Assembly: GCA_030704615.1 (NCBI GenBank)
Contig: CM060731.1
Coordinates: 8,990,001-9,054,000 of the forward strand
From: Takakia lepidozioides
Taxonomy: Eukaryota > Plantae > Bryophyta
Length of the DNA stretch: 64,000 nucleotides
Direction of reading: 5' to 3'
In this document: positions 59,539-64,000 of the stretch, in pieces
Layout: each line of letters starts with the position of its first letter
Numbering within the stretch: the first letter of the stretch is position 1
Notes under the pieces: model-generated
Seen by the model: only the letters and a program-made list of their open reading frames with translations
The model's database searches: none
What the model was told of the DNA's origin: nothing
Program-made: the position numbers and the translations under genes

Positions 59539-62500
59539 CTAATTTGAGAGGGACCGCAGAAATCGATTAAACGAAGCAAATGCCCCCATGGCTTTCACCA
59601 AAGTTGACGGTTGCTCAGCAGCCTCACTGTCTCCACCACTCAGCAACAACATCTGCAAAATCCATCCACAACATTCCAACATTAGCACCATAGCTTCATC
59701 CAATATGAAACCATCAAAAAGCTATCAAAGAAGCTAGCAAACGTGCCACCGTTCATCCCAACCAATACCCTCATGGAGGAGAGTGCATCATGTACATCAA
59801 GGTCTTCAGGGCTGGGTCGACGTGGCTGCTCTGTAGCCAATACAAGGCGACCAGGCCGTGTCTTGTCATCCAGAAATACCTGCCAAAGCCTGCACACAGT
59901 GGGAGCGAAAGCAATCAGGGCCAATATAAGACATTGACTTCAGGGAAAAGCATGTCGAAGTACTCTTCAACCTTTGTGTTCCGTCTCTCATCACCAGCAC
60001 TAATCTTCACGCTCACACTGGCCTTGTGCCCACAACAATAGAGGACGACAGAGAGAGACTTTTGCATTATGGCATTTCTCACTATGGAATTCCTTTTACA
60101 TTTGGCTATGCTGAGATGTTTTGTGGGAGGTTTTCTGATTAAGGTAGACCTGCGACCACACCTCCTAATGTTCCTATCAAGAATTAGGAAGAAGTATGAA
60201 GCAGTGGATGGGCAAGAGAGATGTACCCTGGGTATTGCCTGAAGATTGTTCCATTTGATAAGGAGCGAACTGAGTAGACAGTAGTGAATGTACTGCAATC
60301 CATCAACACACATCAACTGTAAGGACTCCAAAATTGTTGATGACAAAGTAGATTGCCTTCCAACAGGAAAGGTGCCAGGATTACCTAAGGAGACGTTCAC
60401 GCATTCGCCGCACATTCAGACCAACACCCACATCACCACTCACTAAGCGAGGATTCCACATCACCAAAGGCCTAGCCTGTTCTCCCACCATAATGTCCAG
60501 CCACGTATCCACATGCTGTTAGGAGTCATCAGTGTACCCAATTGCAGATTCTATATAATTTATCTACCCTGTAGCTTGAACAATAAACTTCTTTTTACCA
60601 ATAAACACATGAGACCATAAGAGCCAACTCCCAAACAGTGCACACAAACAGACCATTCAGTGCTACGGAGTGAGCATCGAACCTAGCACCGACTTGCCTT
60701 TAAAAAATATAGGAATAAGACAGACAACTGGCCAGTTGGACAGCAACAGATGAAGGGTGGGCTCATCATGTATGACCCACTGGGTTTTTGCAAAGACGAA
60801 CATAATCCAAGTACCACGAACAGCAAGGGAGGATATGCCGGCAAAACACAAAGTGTGGGAGCAAAACTCACGAAAATTAGGGAGGTGAAAACATCATAAA
60901 TCACTGGCTAAAGACTGGCCATACAGTGAAACACACTGATATGTCAAAAAAAATCACAAAGCAAAGAAAGCCAACTGAAATTCATCAGTAAGAGGACCAT
61001 ACAGGGGTGTCATCATCCCCAGAGAGAAGGGATGCAATTCTTTCAACATCGGCTAGCATTTGATAGTCAGGAGCGACTAACACCACCACTTCATCTTCCT
61101 TCGTTACTGGCCTCCTATCATTCAGACTGCAACACCCCAGCAACTGATTATATTGAAGCAAGAACAGTAGTCTGATTGCAATTGTCCCAAGATGAGGAAG
61201 ACAGAACCACAGCCAGGCAGTACATTCAAAGGCTTCTTCTGATTGCTGAACCTACTTCAAACAAGGGGCCCCAACAGACATCCTTCCAGGTTGCTACTTA
61301 CCAGTGGAACATTACCTTGACATTGTTTCTTTGGATAGACTTGTGGACAAAAATTTGACCATTACTGCAAGAATACCATGGGCTTCCCACACAAACATCA
61401 ATGGCAATAAAGAGCTTCTTATGCCAACACCCCCTCCAAATGTAACAGAAGAACACGAGAAAGGGCTGAAAACCTGCCAAAGCTGAAAACTGCATCTTTC
61501 CACTGATACTTAACCAGAGCTTCTGACCCAGCATCAGGAAAAATTGCTTTCAGCCGCTGCACACCCGCTGCACAGGGTCAACTCTCATCATTCTCTGATC
61601 CAAAACCACATCTCCTGTTTGCTAAGTGCATGCATTTCAGTTTCTATGAACCACCATTAGATGTGCAACCAATAGCATAGCTAATAGGAAGGTAAGTTAA
61701 CATAATGCAGATATGAGGGACAAGCATCCCTCGCATTCTGCCTCCATTTAATATGTCAATGCTAGGAAGCCCTTTGCCATAAATCTACGCAGCTTTTTGA
61801 GCAATTCCAGTAACTTCTAACTCGGAGTTGGACATAACTGTAGTATAACAGGTGACTTGATACAAACACAAGTGCTCTTACCAGTAGCAATGAAGGTCCT
61901 ATGGTGACATAACACTCATAAGAGGTCGTGGGGAAAGGTAACCTGATTTCCCAAAAGTTCTTGCAATGTGTCAAGAAACAATCTGGAGAGATCCCACAGT
62001 CGCTGCTGTGCACCCTCTTCGTTCAAGTTATCCAACTCAGGCAACAATAGCTCTGCCTGCCCTAGTTTGTCCCCGCATCACCACACACGGTTTCAGCCAC
62101 CCTTAAGCCTTTCCTAAAAACTAGAATTCGGCTCTGGGAATTCCCCCGCACTAAAGAACCCAGCTCACATGAAAATAACCTAGAACCCTTAGTAGTCAGC
62201 TCTCCCACAAATTACAGCTGTCTTGAAAAATGCTCGTAAACACCCATCTGATGCCAGAAACTGTAAAAATTACAAATGATGCAGCAAATTTGCAACAAAG
62301 GAAAGTGAGAGGCAGTGGTCAGAAATCTCCTGTGACAATTATTTGTGGATTCATGGCAATGCTATCCATCTGTCTTTATCTCTTCCCTTTCATACTCTGT
62401 CCCATTCCCTCACACTCTGACCCTCCCTTCCTCCTTCCCTCCCCAACTTCTGTAACCTTGCAGCAGTGCACAAATTCTCTCTTACATAAATGAGAAGAAA

Positions 62501-63999
62501 TTCAAGGATATCAAACTACACATCGATCCTTTCTCCTCATCTTTCCTGCTCTGATCAGTTTCCCCTGCCCATATAGGTGATAGAAAGAAAGCACATAACT
62601 TAACACGTGTAGGGCCTAATCAACCTCCACTACAACATTCCAGCAGTGAAGGGCTGGTAAAGGCCCACAGGTTTGCTTTGGGCAGCTGTTCTTCTTGCCG
62701 TATGCCACAACTCTGGCACACAGTTCGGCCAGCTGCCATCGATGTCTCCCTTTGTTCAAAAATAATCCTTTGTAGCACACACTAACATTTACAGCAGACG
62801 TTTATGCAGTCACCCTCATCTACTCAATATACCCAGAAGCAGTTTTCCCAATTACGACGAGACAAAACAATGTAACTTTGCAGTAGCTTGTGTAAAACTT
62901 CACATGAGTGAAATTGGGGCATGATACTGCTCTTACTTTTCCGCACTACTTACAGACAAAACCCTGTGTACAACAAATGCTCCCATAGAAAGGGTTCTTA
63001 CTATGGCTCGTGTGCCTCCAGAAGACACAAACGTTGCAGTGGCTCCACTGGACTGTAGAACAGCATCCTCCAGATTGTCAGGCAGCACACTGCATGCATT
63101 TCGCCCTTGTAAGCACTCACACTACGGGACAGACCTGGATAAACTCATCGGAGTGTGGCCAACCAACACAAAAGAGCGACTAGAGCTTAACACACAGCTG
63201 TCCCTGGCAACTTAACCCTGTTTGAGATTACAGTTGCATGCTTACATCAAACAGGAAAGACAACACCCACCAATAACAACAAAGAAAAGCTACCAAAACA
63301 GTTTCCGTAAACCTTACCACGTAGCTACTGGCCGACTTTGAACACTCACTCTACCACTACAAATAAAGGAATCATGAGAAAAGAGGAGGAATTCAAAAGA
63401 AGGTGAAAGAAGCGACCGAAAAATGCGTGAGTTCCTCTCACTATAAATCATCTAGAGCTGTCAAAGCACCGCATTCATAGGTTTGTCGTTGCCTAACCCA
63501 GTTTGAACATAAATGTGGTCTGTCTGTGAAACAATGCATGGTTCTTCCCCTTCCCAAAAGAGGGAAGAACCACTTCTCATCCCTAACCTCTTCTTGTTAC
63601 AAACACTACAAACACGTGTATCGTCTGTATGGCTGACCGGTTGTTGTAAAAGTCGACATACCCTTCATCTTGAGTAACTTGCTCCTCCCCATCCTCACTC
63701 TCCTCTTCCCCTAAAGAAGAAGCGGCATCGCCATTTGCTGTCTCAACACCTTGCTTGAACTGTTGGAACTTGGCGAGTCTCCTGAGATAAGTTCCACGGA
63801 CCTCCCCCCCACGCCATTGCCCTCTCCCTGCAAGCACTGGATGGCAGCCGGGGATCTGAGCTTGAAACGATGTGGACTGGAAACCCCTGGCTACGACCAA
63901 GGAGCCAACAGCGGAATGAGAAGGTGCATGTGGGCAGTGTGCAGCAGAGCAAGAGAGCAGGCGGCGCTGGAAGACATGCGTTGTTGAGAGGAGCGCCAT
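59539..63999 (-). CDS. Plastid-targeted DUF1995 (LPA3-related family) protein, ~370 aa, 9 exons (63999-63662, 63089-63002, 62056-61943, 61556-61474, 61126-61003, 60476-60385, 60292-60227, 59889-59796, 59652-59539)
   Basis: Transit-peptide-like N-terminus; LPDNLEDAV..FVSSGGTRAI, AIFPDAG, RPLVMWNPRLVSGDVGVGLNVRR, FRQYPGLWQVF; GT-AG introns; 1113 nt in frame. Confidence 0.9.
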
Positions 64000-64000
64000 A

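Noticed and set aside
62622-62632. AACCTCCACT half-match to the palindrome outside the element (also ~36174)
   Set aside because: Only 9-10 bp with no second arm; compatible with chance

Overview
Eukaryotic nuclear DNA from a land plant. The PPR style and gene set suggest a non-seed plant such as a bryophyte, lycophyte or fern (inference). Host genes: LOB-domain (LBD) transcription factor, Rab7/RABG3 GTPase, CCDC86/Cgr1-like nucleolar protein, truncated PLS-E PPR protein, a 75-aa membrane protein, VQ-motif protein, cytidine deaminase with a long insert, and a plastid DUF1995 protein. Between the LBD and Rab7 genes lie a 4.1-kb pogo-type transposon with both ends intact and a ~21.5-kb nested TE block (14.7-36.2 kb). 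The block is an old LTR element whose 5' LTR is split into three pieces by a ~18-kb decayed DNA element. That element carries a DDD (Sola1-like) transposase, a ParB/Srx-like (GGQH) protein gene, two FCP1/NIF-like HAD domains, Pol II CTD-like Ser-Pro-x-Tyr repeats, a telomere-like satellite and ~11-12 dispersed copies of one 24-bp palindrome (AACCTCCACTG-NN-CAGTGGAGGTT). An inversion split both the transposase and the LTR. The best candidate for an undescribed system is the ParB-like gene plus element-restricted palindromes, a possible ParB/parS-like module in a giant plant transposon. All family assignments come from motif recognition by eye; no searches were run.
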